DNA from: Octopus sinensis
Lineage: Eukaryota
Assembly (NCBI RefSeq): GCF_006345805.1
Contig: NC_043019.1
Location: 13,329,360 to 13,393,359 of the forward strand
Reading direction: 5' to 3'
Length of the DNA: 64,000 nt
Shown: positions 1-12,879 of the stretch, in pieces
How the letters are laid out: each line of letters begins with the position of its first letter
Numbering within the stretch: the stretch's first letter is position 1
The notes under the pieces: generated by a model
The model's database searches: none
What the model was told of the DNA's origin: nothing
The model's input: the letters and a program-made list of their open reading frames with translations, nothing else
Position numbers and translations under genes: made by a program

Positions 1-162
1 ATTGCTTATAACATGGGATGGTCAATTGTGAAGCAGATTATGATTGTCACAGATTGATCTCTGATGACACAGGTCAGCATTCTGATAACACTGGTCAGCA
101 ATCAATCACAGATTTTGCTTGGGTTGCAAGAACACACACTTTTGACCACCTGTGATATTCAT

Positions 163-582
163 ATCTCTTTACTACCCACAAGGTGCTAAACAAAGAGGGG
201 ACAAACAAGGACAGACAAACGGATTAAGTCGATTACATCGACCCCAGTGTGTAACTGGTACTTGATTTATCGACCTCGAAAGGATGAAAGGCTAAGTCAA
301 CCTCGGCAGAATTTGAAATCAGAATGTAAAGACAGACGAAATACCTATTTCTTTACTACCCACTAGGGGCTAAACATAGAGGGGACAAACAAGGACAGAC
401 AAACAAATTAAGTTGATTACATCGACCCCAGTACTTAATTTATCGACTAGTACTTAATTTATCGACCCTGAAAGGATGAAAGGCAAATTCGACCTCGGCG
501 GAATTTGAACTCAGAACGTAGCGGCAGACGAAATATCGCTACGCATTTCACCCGGCGTGCTAACGTTTCTGCCAGTTCGCCT
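163..582 (-). mobile_element. SINE family B, two head-to-tail copies (163-343 5'-truncated; 346-582 near full length)
   Basis: Reverse complement of GGCGAGCTGGCAGAAACGTTAGCACGCCGGG...GAGTTCAAATTCCGCCGAGGTCGACTTTGCCTTTCATCCTTTCGGGGTCGATAAA...AAAGAAATA. Same sequence recurs at 12649, 48785, 50413 and 62121. It has a pol III B-box-like GAGTTCAAATTCC. Confidence 0.9.
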
Positions 583-1468
583 TCCAGAGTGGAAGATACT
601 CGTTCATGGTACCACAAGATGAGAACTGAACCCAAAACCTTTGTAGTCAGAAAGCAAACTTCTTAGCAGACAGCTGCCACTTGTAGAATTCTTTTGAATG
701 GCCATTATGTAAAGAAGACTGATCCGTGGACACTTATGGAATGGAATATAATGGCTTCTGTACACAGACAATTCTGGGAACTTAAAGAATTTGGCATTGT
801 GAACAACTGATATCAGTGGTGCCATATGCGTGGATCATAGCGACGACTGCGACAGCAACTGCAACAGCGGGACAAAAACAGATATATTAGGGGTGGAAGG
901 AAGAAGTATTCTTCAGTTTGTTTTCATGTTTTTTTTTTTATTGTTTATTGTTGTCACATGCCAGTATTCACCCCCTTCCCCCGCCGGACCCCTCTCTCTC
1001 TCTCTGCCGCTTCACTTAAGGAATCCTTTGAAGATAGTCAAAACCCGTCTGTTTTTCCTCCACTCCAGCCCCTGGCAACAGTCTGCGAGAGTCTTTTGTC
1101 TTGCAAAAATGGAAGGAAACATAAAAAGGAAAATATCTATCTTAAGTGATTATTTGTTGATTAATAAATGTCCAAAGGAGCTGGCACAAGGTGGGGTGGG
1201 GGTTGGGCAGGGGGGTGCTTTGTTCTTTGGTCTCTTTGTTCCACTCCTTTTTTTTTCGTTTTTTGGTTTTTGTATCTTCATTCTCTTACTGTATTTGATA
1301 AAAAAAAAATTATCCCCTGTCGCGGGGAGTGGGGGGGGGGGCAGATGATAGAATTTTTCCCTTTTGTTTTGTTTTTTTTTTTCTTTTCTTTTCTCTCCAC
1401 ATCACCATCCAGCATCCATTCTCTGTGTCCCTGTTCCTGTGTCACTAAAAATAAAGTGGTGGTTTTAG

Positions 1469-1483
1469 ATACATACATACATA

Positions 1484-1537
<54 letters not shown>

Positions 1538-1690
1538 ATGAATATATATATATATGTGTATATATATATAAACATATGAATATATGTATATATATGTGTA
1601 TATATATATATAAACATATGAATATATATATATATGTGTGTGTATTTATATATATATATATATATATATAAACATGAATATATATATATA

Positions 1691-1731
<41 letters not shown>

Positions 1732-1822
1732 ATATGAATATATATATATATATATATGTGTATATATGCATATATATATGTATATGAATATATATATATA
1801 TATATGTGTATATATGCATATA

Positions 1823-1876
<54 letters not shown>

Positions 1877-1882
1877 TATATG
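1469..1882. repeat. Interrupted (TA)n microsatellite
   Basis: Direct reading. It is the source of the Tyr/Ile ORFs in the track. Confidence 0.95.
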
Positions 1883-2259
1883 TAAGAAAGGAAAAGAATA
1901 AAATGCTTAACTTGGCTGGTAGTGGGATGCAACTAGAAAACAAAAAAAAACACATAGAATAAGGAAAAGAGAAAAAAAAAAAAAAAATTGGTAGGACTGA
2001 ATTGCAGAGAAGAAGAATAAAAGAGAAGACACAACACACAAAAAAAAGCACAAAACAAAAACCGGAAACAAAAAGCATCCAAACTCTGATGGTGCTTAAG
2101 AGGGTGAAGAGGGACTTAGAGGGATATGGATTGTATAAAACCAGGCATTTATTAGTGATTAATAGCTTAAAAGGCAGTTCAAGATGTTCGGTTTGGAAGC
2201 GAGTAGAAATAAATGCATTTGGAATTGGTTTCTTCCATCTGAGTAAAGAGTCTTCTGCA

Positions 2260-2427
2260 TACATAATATATATACATTACATATATACACTCACATGCAC
2301 ACACACATAAATCTATACATATATACATATATAATGTATTTATACACACATACACACGCATATAAATCTATACATATATATATATATATATAAATTCACA
2401 CATTATATAATATGCATACACACACAC

Positions 2428-2466
<39 letters not shown>

Positions 2467-2541
2467 CACACATTATGTGTACATACATAGACATGCATAT
2501 ATATCTGATATATGCACATAATATATATTCATCAGTGTGTA

Positions 2542-2578
<37 letters not shown>

Positions 2579-2801
2579 TATATATTCATATACATATATA
2601 TACACACACACATATATATATACATACATATATATAGAATTACATATGTATATATGTATAATACATATGTATGATATATATATATTCATGTTTTATATAT
2701 ATATATATACATTCATATACATATATTCATATATATATATATATATATGACATGTATAATATATACATATATAAGGGACATTAAATGATGATGACAAGAT
2801 A

Positions 2802-2837
<36 letters not shown>

Positions 2838-2855
2838 CATACGTAATATATATAC
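2260..2855. repeat. (TA)n/(CA)n compound microsatellite
   Basis: Direct reading. Confidence 0.95.
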
Positions 2856-3192
2856 GTATCTGAAAGCAACATGTAAATAATTCCTAGATATCAAGTCTAA
2901 CCGTTTATCTTCAGAAGCATGGAAGAGTCTTTAGAATTATGGATATCATGGAGTACTGATTGACTTATCTAAGCACTATTCAATGAAGTATAACACACGA
3001 ATGTGGCAACAGCAGCAACAACAACAGCAGTGGTGTTGGTGGTGGTGGTGGTGGTAGTGGTGGCAGTGATGCAAGGCTGCCTTGCTGGCTGGCTGGTTGG
3101 TTGACCGGCAAGGCTGCCAGAAGATGCTGGAAGATTTATGCGTTCTTATGAATGTCTTAATGTTTGGTGTTGCCTCCTTCGTCTTCCTTTTT

Positions 3193-3392
3193 CTTTTATC
3201 TTTCACTTGTTTCACTCATTAGACTGTGGCCAAGCTGGGGCACTGCGTTGAAGAATTTTCAGTCAAACGTATCAGTCCCTGTACTCGTTCTAACTGTCTC
3301 TTTTGCTGAACCACTACGTCACAGGGATGTAAACACACCAACACCAGCACCGGTTGCCAAGCAGTGGGTGGGGCACAAACACACACATAGAT
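3193..3392 (-). mobile_element. SINE family A, diverged 3' part
   Basis: Matches the reverse complement of the 3' half of the copies at 11860-12310 and 15019-15425. Confidence 0.75.
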
Positions 3393-3454
3393 ATATCTTC
3401 TGTACAATTTATATCTCCATATAATGAGCCTTTCTTCCTTTTGTGTACAAACTT

Positions 3455-3705
3455 TATTGAGCAAGACACTATTTTCACGTTGCTCTGGTTCACTCAGCTG
3501 TAGAAATGAGTTGTGATGTCACTGGTGCCAAGCTGTATCGGCCTTTGTCCTTTCCCTTGGACAACATCAGTGGCTTGGAGAGGGGAGGCTAGTTTGCATG
3601 GGCAGCTGCTGGTCTTCCACAAACAACCTTGCCCGAACTTGTGTCTTGGAGAGGAACATGCTAGGTACAATCCCATGGTCAGTCATGACTGAAGGGCGTC
3701 TTTGC
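3455..3705 (+). mobile_element. SINE family C subtype, 5'-truncated
   Basis: TTGAGCAAGACACT...CACTCAGCTGTAGAAATGAG...GGTGCCAAGCTGTATCG is shared with 57464-57822. Confidence 0.8.
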
Positions 3706-3904
3706 CCATATTGTAGAATAGGTGTCAGGGGCTGGAACTGGCCTCTTTGAAGATAAAATAGAATATTTTGGCTGAATGCTAAAGGGTTAAAAAATTCGCC
3801 TCTGAGCCCTAGAGTTTTGGTTTAGCACCTGTTGAACCAGGCCCTAGTTGGTGGACTCTGTCTTTCTTTCATATTCCTTCACAAGGCATTTGTCAGCCTG
3901 GGAT

Positions 3905-4120
3905 TCATCATCATCATTTAACGTCTGCTTTCCATGCTGGCATGGGTTGGATGGATTAACTGAGGACTGGTAAGCCAGGAGGTTGTACCAGGCTCCACTC
4001 TGATCTGGTAAGGTTTCTACATCTGGATGCCCTTCCTCACGGCAACCACTCCGTGAGTGTAGTGGGTGCGGTTTTTGGTGTCACCAGCACGGGGGGGGGG
4101 ACAGCCAGGTGGCACTGGAT
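3905..4120 (-). mobile_element. Retroposon family E, 3' end with (ATG)n tail
   Basis: CATCATCATTTAACGTC...CCATGCTGGCATGGGTTGGA...CTGGATGCCCTTCCT...GAGTGTAGTGGGTGC, also at 5312, 21260 (+), 41840 and 43875 (+). Confidence 0.85.
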
Positions 4121-4784
4121 TATTAATGAAGGACGTTTACACCAGGTGTCAACCAGTGTGACTGATTGTCGCAAAGAAGCATTTTAACCATTAGTAGCCA
4201 TGCTTGTGTCTACATATCTAGGTTCTATGTGATATCTGTGCGTGCAAACAACAAGGTGGTAGCATTCTTCAAACAAATCCACTTGTAATATTTGTTCCAC
4301 CACAAGTTACAAACACTCCTTTATCACTCTCAGCCCATTGAAGATCTGTGCTATTAATTCACAGAAAACCTTGAGACTGGGAACTGGCAAATTGAGAGAA
4401 AAAAATGGTTTGTTTTCTTAGTTTTTTTTCCTTTTTTTCTTTTTGATACTTCCCAAACCACTTAAACCAAGGTTTTCCTGGCTGCTTAACATAAACATGC
4501 TCTTAGACTTCCAGATCCTCTTACAGAAGAAATATCATTAACTTCTATAGCTTCAGTATCAGAGAATCTCAAATTCTCCTTCTAAAAATATATCAACTGT
4601 TTCTCTTTCTCTCTCTCTCTCTCTCCTTCCCTCTGTGCTTACTGTAGTTGTAAGAGCTTTTTAGCTCTTATTTCTAGCAATGTAGGTGCTACCCAGCACA
4701 GTCATTGACAGTTAGTGACATTTGAATTTTTCCTTTTCCATTTTATATTCTGTATAGCCGCCTTCATTATTTCATATATATAAA

Positions 4785-5099
4785 ACGATAAACGGCGCCC
4801 TTTTCAAGCCTAGCCAGGCTCATGGGCCCGGTTTCCTGGTTTCTGTGGCGTATGTGTACCCCCCCAGCTGGAAGGGACGCCAGTCCATCGCAGTGTTACT
4901 CAAGAAACAGGAAGAGAGAGTGAGAGAAAGTTGTGGCGAAAGAGTACAACAGGGGTCGCCACCACCCCCTGCCGGAGCCTCGTGGAACTTTTAGGTGTTT
5001 TCGCTCAATAAACACACACAACGTGCGGTCTGGGATTGAAACCGCAATCCTCCGACCGTGAGTCCGCTACCCTAACCACTGGGCCATGGCACCTTCACA
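4785..5099 (-). mobile_element. tRNA-derived SINE family D
   Basis: Minus strand starts GTGAAGGTGCCATGGCCCAGTGGTTAGGGTAGCGGACTCACGG...GGTTTCAATCCC (A and B boxes). Body is related to 48382-48686. Flanked by TA repeats. Confidence 0.85.
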
Positions 5100-5311
5100 T
5101 TTGATATATATATATTACTTAAACAAGCATGTTATAGACAGTGACTTCAAAGTTTTGGCCATCTAAGCTTTATTTAATATTCTTGTATAAGAATGACATA
5201 TTTGTATTCTACAAGAGTATAGAGTAACCCACCAATTAATGTAAAATTGATTTGATCAAAATTTAACACTAAAGCAAACATTTGTATGTGTGTGTGCGTG
5301 TGTGTGTATAA

Positions 5312-5625
5312 ATCATCATCGTCTAATGTCCGTTTTCCATGCTAGCATGGGTTGGACAGTTCAACCGGGGTCTGGGAAGCCAAGAGGCTGCACCAGGCTC
5401 CAGTCTGATCTGGCAGTGTTTCTATGGCTGGATGCCCTTCCTAACGCCAACCACTCCATGAGTGTAGTGGGTGCTCTTTACGTGCCACCGGCACAGGGGC
5501 CAGAGGAGGCTGGCAAACAGCCACAATCGGTTGGTGCTTTTTACATGTTACCGACACAGACACCAGTCAGGTGGCGCTGGCATCAGCCACGTTTGGATGG
5601 TGCTTTTTACATGCCACCGGCAATA
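5312..5625 (-). mobile_element. Retroposon family E with internal GTGCCACCGGCAC subrepeats
   Basis: High similarity to 41840-42155 and to the reverse complement of 21260-21605. Confidence 0.9.
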
Positions 5626-5638
5626 TAGATAGATATAG

Positions 5639-5707
<69 letters not shown>

Positions 5708-5716
5708 TACCCATAT

Positions 5717-5825
5717 GCAAGGGGTTTCCTTTAGTTTGCATCTACCAAATCACTGACAAGACTCTGGTTAGCCTAGGGCTATAGTAGAAGACACTCGCTC
5801 AAGGTGCCATGCTATGCTGTGGGAT
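5717..5825 (-). mobile_element. SINE family A fragment
   Basis: CTACCAAATC...GCTATAGTAGAAGACACT...CAAGGTGCCA. Confidence 0.75.
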
Positions 5826-6814
5826 TTTGAGGGAGATTTGTTAAGTTTGCTATTTCTAGCATGTTAGGTGACAACACAGGTGATGTCTCTTTAGCTCGTG
5901 ATGTTATATGCGATTTGGTATTGGATCTCCAGCGGCGTCACTTTGTTACCATTTTACACATGTTGTCCACCATTTCTATAATCTGTCCTTTTTTCCCCCT
6001 CTCAGACTCATGCCACAGTCTGACAAAGATCTTTTCAAGGAACAACATCAGAAACAAAAGCACAGCTTAGCTTCCTTCATTTGACTGTTTACTCAATGTG
6101 TCTATGGCAAAATACTGTCTTTGTAGTAAATCTCGTTCTCAAGCTGTGCATAGAAATAATGGCATTCTTAATCTATCTCCTTCTCCTGCGAGCACAGACT
6201 CCTCTCCATGTTCATTCATTCGTCTCGGTTCTTCTCGTTAGCATTAACACTGCGAAACCGCAGTAACTGGCGTACTTTCGAAACATATTAAACCAACGTC
6301 TCCAAATTGCCTTTCCGAAAAGGCAATTTGTATTAGTTCTTAATAAAGCAACTCGGTGAACTTTCGGTAAGTACCATTAAATTTAATTACTTAACTCATC
6401 GTCTCCAGATGAGAATCTAATATCTTATTTTTTAAATAATGTATATACCGATAACCGCTAATCTTGTAAACCATACTGCAACCAATTTAGTAACTTTCCA
6501 GAACTGAGTGGCACCGACTGACTAGTATCTTTAGTTTTCTAATTGTGTTATCATATCAGCCAAGTAGATTGCCAAACTGTGTTCTGGTAAGATTTCTGGG
6601 AGGTTTCTATCTTTCCTGACAATGTGAAGTCTGAAGATTTTTATCCGTTTACCGATATTTTTGAGAAGTTTTGGAATCACAAACCGTTTGATAGTTGGTC
6701 AGTCACCGGATCAAACCAAGGAAACTGAGGTCTCCAGTGTTTTTGCAAAGTGCCGATAATATCTTGACCGTTGCATTCCTGATAGAAATCTCTCTCTTTT
6801 CCTGGTGATGCTAG

Positions 6815-7137
6815 GTATAGTGATTAGGCTGTGTGGTAAGAAGGTTTCTTCCCAACCACATGGTTCCAGGTTCAGTCCCACCGATAGAATGATAGGATGG
6901 ATGGTTAGATGGATTAATTCGATGACTGGCATCCGTGCTAGCAGGGTGCAAAGAGCACCATCCAAGTGTGATCGTTGACAGAGTAGCTAACTGGCTTCCG
7001 TGCTAGTGGCACATAAAAGGCACCATTCGAGTGTGATCGTTACCAGCGTCACCTTACTGGCACTTGTGCCCCATGCTAGTAGGGTGCTAAGAGCACCATC
7101 CAAGCGGGATCGTTGACAGAGCGGCTAACTGGCTTCC
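6815..7137 (+). mobile_element. SINE A head (6815-6882) followed by family E internal subrepeat region
   Basis: GGCTGTGTGGTAAG...GGTTCAGTCCCA, then repeated GAGCACCATCC...GATCGTTG units that are also at 43875-44040 and, inverted, at 16815-17150. Confidence 0.8.
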
Positions 7138-7284
7138 TCCTCCTTTTGTGACGCATTCCTATATTTACTTACATTCTCTCCAAACCAGTGCCCACACCTC
7201 CATCCATGACCACCACTCCTTTTACTTCTGTCTTCTTCTCAAATGTTTGTCACTCTCCTTTCACACCCTGGCAAACAACCCTAT

Positions 7285-7515
7285 GTATGTATGTATGTAT
7301 CTTTCTGTCTGTGTTTGTCCCCACCGCTATCGCTTGACAACTGATGGTGGGGGTGTGCTTACACGTCCTCGTAACTTAGCGGGGACAGCAAAATGAGATC
7401 AATAGAATAAGTACTAGGCTTACAAAGAATAAGTCCTGGGGTCGATTTCTTTGGCTAAACTCCAGTATGGCCGCAGCCAAATGACTGAAAGTAGTAAAAA
7501 AATAAAAGAATAAAA
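7285..7515 (+). mobile_element. SINE family A, 3' half
   Basis: TGTGTTTGTCCCC...GCTTGACAAC...AGAATAAGTACTAGGCTTACAAAGAATAAGTCCTGGGGTCGATT...AAATGACTGAAA. Confidence 0.85.
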
Positions 7516-8031
7516 TAATAAACATGTTATTGTTTGTGTGTTTTTAAGAGGTTCCAATCAGCCAAGTTGCCAGAAAACAAAACAATTCCTTCATCCATGA
7601 ATGTCAACAGATTTGTGGTTGTCATGGCGTTTGGATCCAGTTTCAGAACTGGTTCCATTATTCTTAATTCCGCTAATTTAATTATTTATTTATGTTATTC
7701 TTTGTGAAATTATTTCTTCTCATTTGTCTCTGGCGGTGACACTATTATTTATATATATCATGTTGTCAACCAGTTTCTGGCTAAGTGGAAATTTAAGTTC
7801 CAAAACAAAAGAACCAATTTCGAAAGGGGTTTTTTTTTTTATTTTCAGTGTTTTATTTTTATATATTTATTCTGTTTTTTTTTTGGTTTTTTTTTTTTTG
7901 TTACCGTTGAACAACAGAATTACATCAAAGAAAATGTCACTTTTTTTCTTTTCTCTCTCTCTCTCTCCCCAACATGGAAAGGATAAAGAGGAAAAAATAG
8001 CGAACACAAAATGTAAAAATAAATGCAATAG

Positions 8032-8158
<127 letters not shown>

Positions 8159-8193
8159 CTATATATATATATATAATATATATATATACATAC

Positions 8194-8226
<33 letters not shown>

Positions 8227-8486
8227 ATATATATATATATACATATATATATACATATATATACACATACATGTACACATAAAAATAACATTTTGTCAAG
8301 AAAATTGCTTACTAGAAACATGACTTGATGGTTTATACGAAAATTTGTGATGAATTCAAATTCTTGAAGCAAACAAATACATTTGATTGAAGAGTTAAGA
8401 ATTAAATACATCTTGGAGAATGTGCATAGATGTGTTAACGGTTGAGAGGCAGCTGTTCTTGATGTTGATATTACTTTCAGCATTAA

Positions 8487-8698
8487 CCCTTTAGCGTTCA
8501 CATTATTCTGCCAAAATTAATGCTTTTTCATCCACCTTGTTTTGAACGAATCTTGTAGTTTTGAGGTTTTGATGAGGTAGCTGTTAATTTTTAAGATGAT
8601 ATTGTAAGGGTTGGTGTGAGAGACCAGATATGGCCAGTTTGTTTATAAAACAGGCAGAATACTTTTGACCGGATATGGCCAGTTTAAATGCCGAAAGG
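8487..8698. mobile_element. piggyBac-like MITE
   Basis: TTAA|CCCTTTAGCGTT...AAATGCCGAAAGG|TTAA. A related copy lies in the opposite orientation at 27618-27853, and a lone right end at about 3720-3790. Confidence 0.7.
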
Positions 8699-8712
8699 TT
8701 AATGTTATTATC

Positions 8713-8918
8713 AGTGAGCTGGTAGAATCGTCGCAGTGCCAAGCAAGGTGGTTGGTGGCATTTTGTCTGTTTTGATGTCCTGGGTTCAAATTCCATGGTT
8801 GACTTTACCTTTTGTCCTTTCGAAGTCAATAAAATAAGTACCAGTTGAGTACTGGGGTTGATGTAATCAGTTTATCCCCGCCTTTTGGAATCTTTGGCCT
8901 TGTGCCAAAATTTGAAAT
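8713..8918 (+). mobile_element. Diverged SINE of the family B type
   Basis: GAGCTGGTAGAATCG...GGGTTCAAATTCC...GACTTT...AAGTACCAGTTGAGTACTGGGG...CAAAATTTGAAA. Confidence 0.75.
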
Positions 8919-8925
8919 TGGTTTG

Positions 8926-9146
8926 CGGCATTTTGTCTACCTGTCCGGCACTTTGTCTACCTGTCCGCATTTTGTCTACCTGTCCGGCACTTTGTCTACC
9001 TGTCCGGCATTTTGTCTACCTGTCCGGCATTTTGTCTACCTGTCCGGCATTTTGTCTACCTGTCCAGCATTTTGTCTACCTGTCCAGCATTTTGTCTACC
9101 TGTCCGGCACTTTGTCTACCTGTCCGGCATTTTGTCTACCTGTCCG
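8926..9146. repeat. 20-bp minisatellite, about 11 copies (CGGCATTTTGTCTACCTGTC)
   Basis: Direct reading, near-perfect units. Confidence 0.95.
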
Positions 9147-9927
9147 TCGCTGGTGAAATTAAAAAACAAAACAAAAGACAAGAGAAAGAGAAAGAAGTTG
9201 TTGGCAGGTAGGACATTGAGTTCGGTCTGTCGGTGCATGTGTCTGCCTCTCTCTCTGTCTGTCTGTCTGTTTGTCCCACGTGGTGAAGGATGCCGTCGGT
9301 GGCGGGGGGGGAGGCAGGGGGAGATAACCAACATATGGAGCGTGACTCTTATTGTTATCAGTCGGACAACGACGGCAGTAACTACAACAGCAACAGCAAC
9401 CACAGCAATTCGGTAACCGTGCACTCGTAACCTATATCGTTGTTGTTCTTGTTGTTGCCGTTCTCCTTCTTCTTCTTCTTCTTCTTCTTCTTCTTCTTCT
9501 TCTTGCTGTCGTTCTCCTGCTGACCTATATATCATTGTTGCCTTTATTTTCTCCATCACTGGAGCATAATAGATGTAGAAACAGTTCCATTGTGCTGTGA
9601 AATACAATACGCACGCAATAGATGCGCATGCACACACTCACACACACACACACACACGCACACACACATGCTCACTGGTTGTGTGTAGGTTTGTGTCGGG
9701 TTTTTGTGTGTGGTTCCAGGTGGGGAAGGGAGGCTTTTGATTCATTATACATGCATTGTAGATGTATATAATATGGACATTGTGTTGCTCCACGGAATAT
9801 GATACATAAGTTTATGTACACAGGCATATATACATACGTACACACAAACTTATAGAATGTGTTTATAAATAACATATATATCTATATATATATATACATA
9901 CATACATATTCAAACAATATACATATG

Positions 9928-10007
<80 letters not shown>

Positions 10008-10089
10008 TAGATAGATAGAGACAGACAGGCAGACAGATAGATAAACAGACAGATATATACTCTCACACCTTATGCATGCAAATATGTGT

Positions 10090-10196
10090 GGATAGGTAGG
10101 TAGATGGATGGATGGATAGATAAGCAGAAAGGTAGGTAGGTGGGGAGGTAGGTAGGTAGGTAGGCAGGCAGGTAGATAGGGAAGGGAACTAGCTAC

Positions 10197-10229
<33 letters not shown>

Positions 10230-10540
10230 TAGAAAAAAATATAGATAGACAGACAGAGAGAGATGTCTGAATAGATGGATAGAAAGAGAGAGAGAGAAAC
10301 AGACAGACTGATAGATAGATAGATAGATAGATAGGCAGATAGATAGATAGATAGGCAGATAGATAGATAGATAGATAGATAGATAGGCAGATAGATAGAT
10401 AGATAGATAGATAGGCAGATAGATAGATAGATAGATAGGCAGATAGATAGATAGATAGATAGATAGGCAGATAGATAGATAGATAGATAGATAGACAGAC
10501 AGATAGGTAACCAGGTAGGTAGATAGATAGGTAGATAAGC

Positions 10541-10571
<31 letters not shown>

Positions 10572-10650
10572 TAGACGGCTGAATGGACAGAGAGACTAAT
10601 AGATAGATAGCAGATAGATAAGCAGATAGATATAGATAGATAGGTAGATA
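10090..10650. repeat. (GATA)n/(GGTA)n/(GACA)n tetranucleotide array
   Basis: Direct reading. Confidence 0.95.
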
Positions 10651-10869
10651 TCTGTAGGTATGTGCAATATATTTATTGTTTAAATGGTTTCGTGCTTAAT
10701 TTTTATTCCATATTTCCCGATATGCCACTTGTACAATCAGACGCACCTGTGCATGTGTGTGCGTGCATGCGTTCAAGGTGTCGTCTGTGTGTCTCTATGT
10801 GTGACTGTGTGTGTGAGTGATGCAAATGACAGTACTTACAAAGTGTTTTCTGCATGTGTATGTGTGCGT

Positions 10870-11147
10870 GTGTGTGTGCGCACCTGTATGTGTGTTTTTC
10901 AATATGCAGGTATTAATGCAAGTGTGTGTGCACACCTGTATCTATGTGTGTTTTTCAATATGCAGGTATTAATGCAAGTGTGTGTGCACACCTGTATCTA
11001 TGTGTGTTTTTCAATATGCAGGTATTAATGCAAGTGTGTGTGCACACCTGTATCTATGTGTGTTTTTCAATATGCAGGTATTAATGCAAGTGTGTGTGCA
11101 CACCTGTATCTATGTGTGTTTTTCAATGTGCATGTATTAATATACGT
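10870..11147. repeat. 56-bp minisatellite, about 5 copies
   Basis: CACACCTGTATCTATG starts at 10931, 10987, 11043 and 11099. Confidence 0.92.
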
Positions 11148-11522
11148 GTGTGTGTGTATTATATAAGACTATGTATCTGTGTACAGTTATACCTACATTC
11201 CAAATAGATTTAACAACTCTAAGTGGATCAGAAACAAATTTTTGGTTTAATAAATTTAATTTAGTGTTTCATGTTGTTAATACAATCGTGTGTGTGTGTG
11301 TGTGTGTGTGTGTTTTATATCACTATAAGTCTTCAGCCTTCCCCTCTTTCTCTCTCTCTCTCACTCTCTCTCTCTCTCTCTCTCTTTCTGCTTTAATTTC
11401 TCTTTCCTTCTCTCAAAGTGTCTTTCATATACTCTTCTGTTATAATGTCTCTGCGTCCGCTTTCCTAACCTTTTATACTTTCTTTCTCTCTCTCTCTATC
11501 TCTCTCTCTGTCTTTCTCTGTG

Positions 11523-11558
<36 letters not shown>

Positions 11559-11644
11559 TCTTTCAGGTTATTATTTCACATTGTTTTAAAATGCTAATTC
11601 TTTTTCCATCTCTCTCTCTCTTTCCTCATATATGAATATACATA

Positions 11645-12023
11645 GGCGTAGGCGTGACTGTGTGGTAAGTAGGAAGCTTGCTTCCCAACTACATGGTTCC
11701 AGGTTCAGTCCCACATCATGGCACCTTGGGCAACTGTCTTCTATTATAGCCTCGGGCCAACCAAAGTCTTGTGAGTGAATTTGGCTGAGGGGAACTGAAA
11801 GAAGCCCATCCCTGCGTAGAAGACACACGCTAAATAATAATGATGACATTCATTCATAAGCGTAGAAGTGACTGTGTGGTAAGTAGCTTGCTTGCCAACC
11901 ACATGGTTCTGGGTTCAGTCCCACTGCATGGCACCTTGGGCAGGTGTCTTCTACTATAGCCTCGGGCCAACCAAAGCCTTGTGAGTGGATTTGGTAGACG
12001 GAAACTGAAAGAAGCCCGTCGTA

Positions 12024-12099
<76 letters not shown>

Positions 12100-12310
12100 A
12101 TGTTTGTGCGTCTGTGTTTGTCCCCTAAACATTGCTTGACAACCGATGGTGGTGTGTTTACTTCCCTGTAACTTAGCGGTTCAGCAAAAGAGACTGATAG
12201 AATACGTACTAAGCTTACAAAAAGAGTAAGTCCCGGGGTCGATTTGCTCGACTCAAGGCGGTGCTCCAGCATGGCCGCAGTCAAATGACTGAAACGAGTA
12301 AAAGAGTAAT
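11645..12310 (+). mobile_element. SINE family A: 5' half copy (11645-11808) and full-length copy (11860-12310)
   Basis: tRNA-like head GGCTGTGTGGTAAG (A box) and GGTTCAGTCCC (B box), body CACCTTGGGCAAGTGTCTTCTACTATAGCC, internal (TA)n/(TG)n and tail GACTGAAAC(G/A)AGTAAAAGAG. Confidence 0.92.
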
Positions 12311-12648
12311 GAATGAGAGTATACATACATACATATCATTTGTCACTATCTGATATTAGTTTCTCTTCCTCTTCTTCCTCCTTCCCCACATCTTCTCCCC
12401 TCTCTATCTCCACTTCCTGTTTTTCTTCTTATTTGAATCACTCTCTCTACCAGCTTTAGTACCATTTTATCTTCCTCGCCACCCCTCACTTCCAGACCCC
12501 CCTGTCTCTTGATCAAACTCTCCCTATCCCTGTCTCGGCTCTCTCTCTTCACCTACCACACACACAAACACATACACATGCATATACACCTACATACATA
12601 CATACATATATATACACACACACACATATATCAATATTCACATTTACA

Positions 12649-12879
12649 GGCGGCGAGCTGGCAGAAACGTTAGCACGCCGGGCGAAATGCTTTGCAGTAT
12701 TTTGCCTGCCGTTACGTTCTGAGTTCAAATTCCGCCGAGGTCGACTTTGCCTTTCATCCTTTCGGGGTCGATAAATAAAGTACCAGATCCACACTGGGGT
12801 CGATGTAATCGACTTAATCCCTTTGTCTGTCCTTGTTTGTCCCCTCTATGTTTAGCCCCTTGTGGGCAGTAAAGAAATA
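12649..12879 (+). mobile_element. SINE family B, full length
   Basis: GGCGGCGAGCTGGCAGAAACG...AAAGAAATA. Close match to 48785-49014. Confidence 0.92.

Noticed and set aside
8926-9146. CRISPR-like appearance of the short-unit arrays (also 45915-46626)
   Set aside because: Units are contiguous with no unique spacers, there are no cas genes, and the context is eukaryotic.
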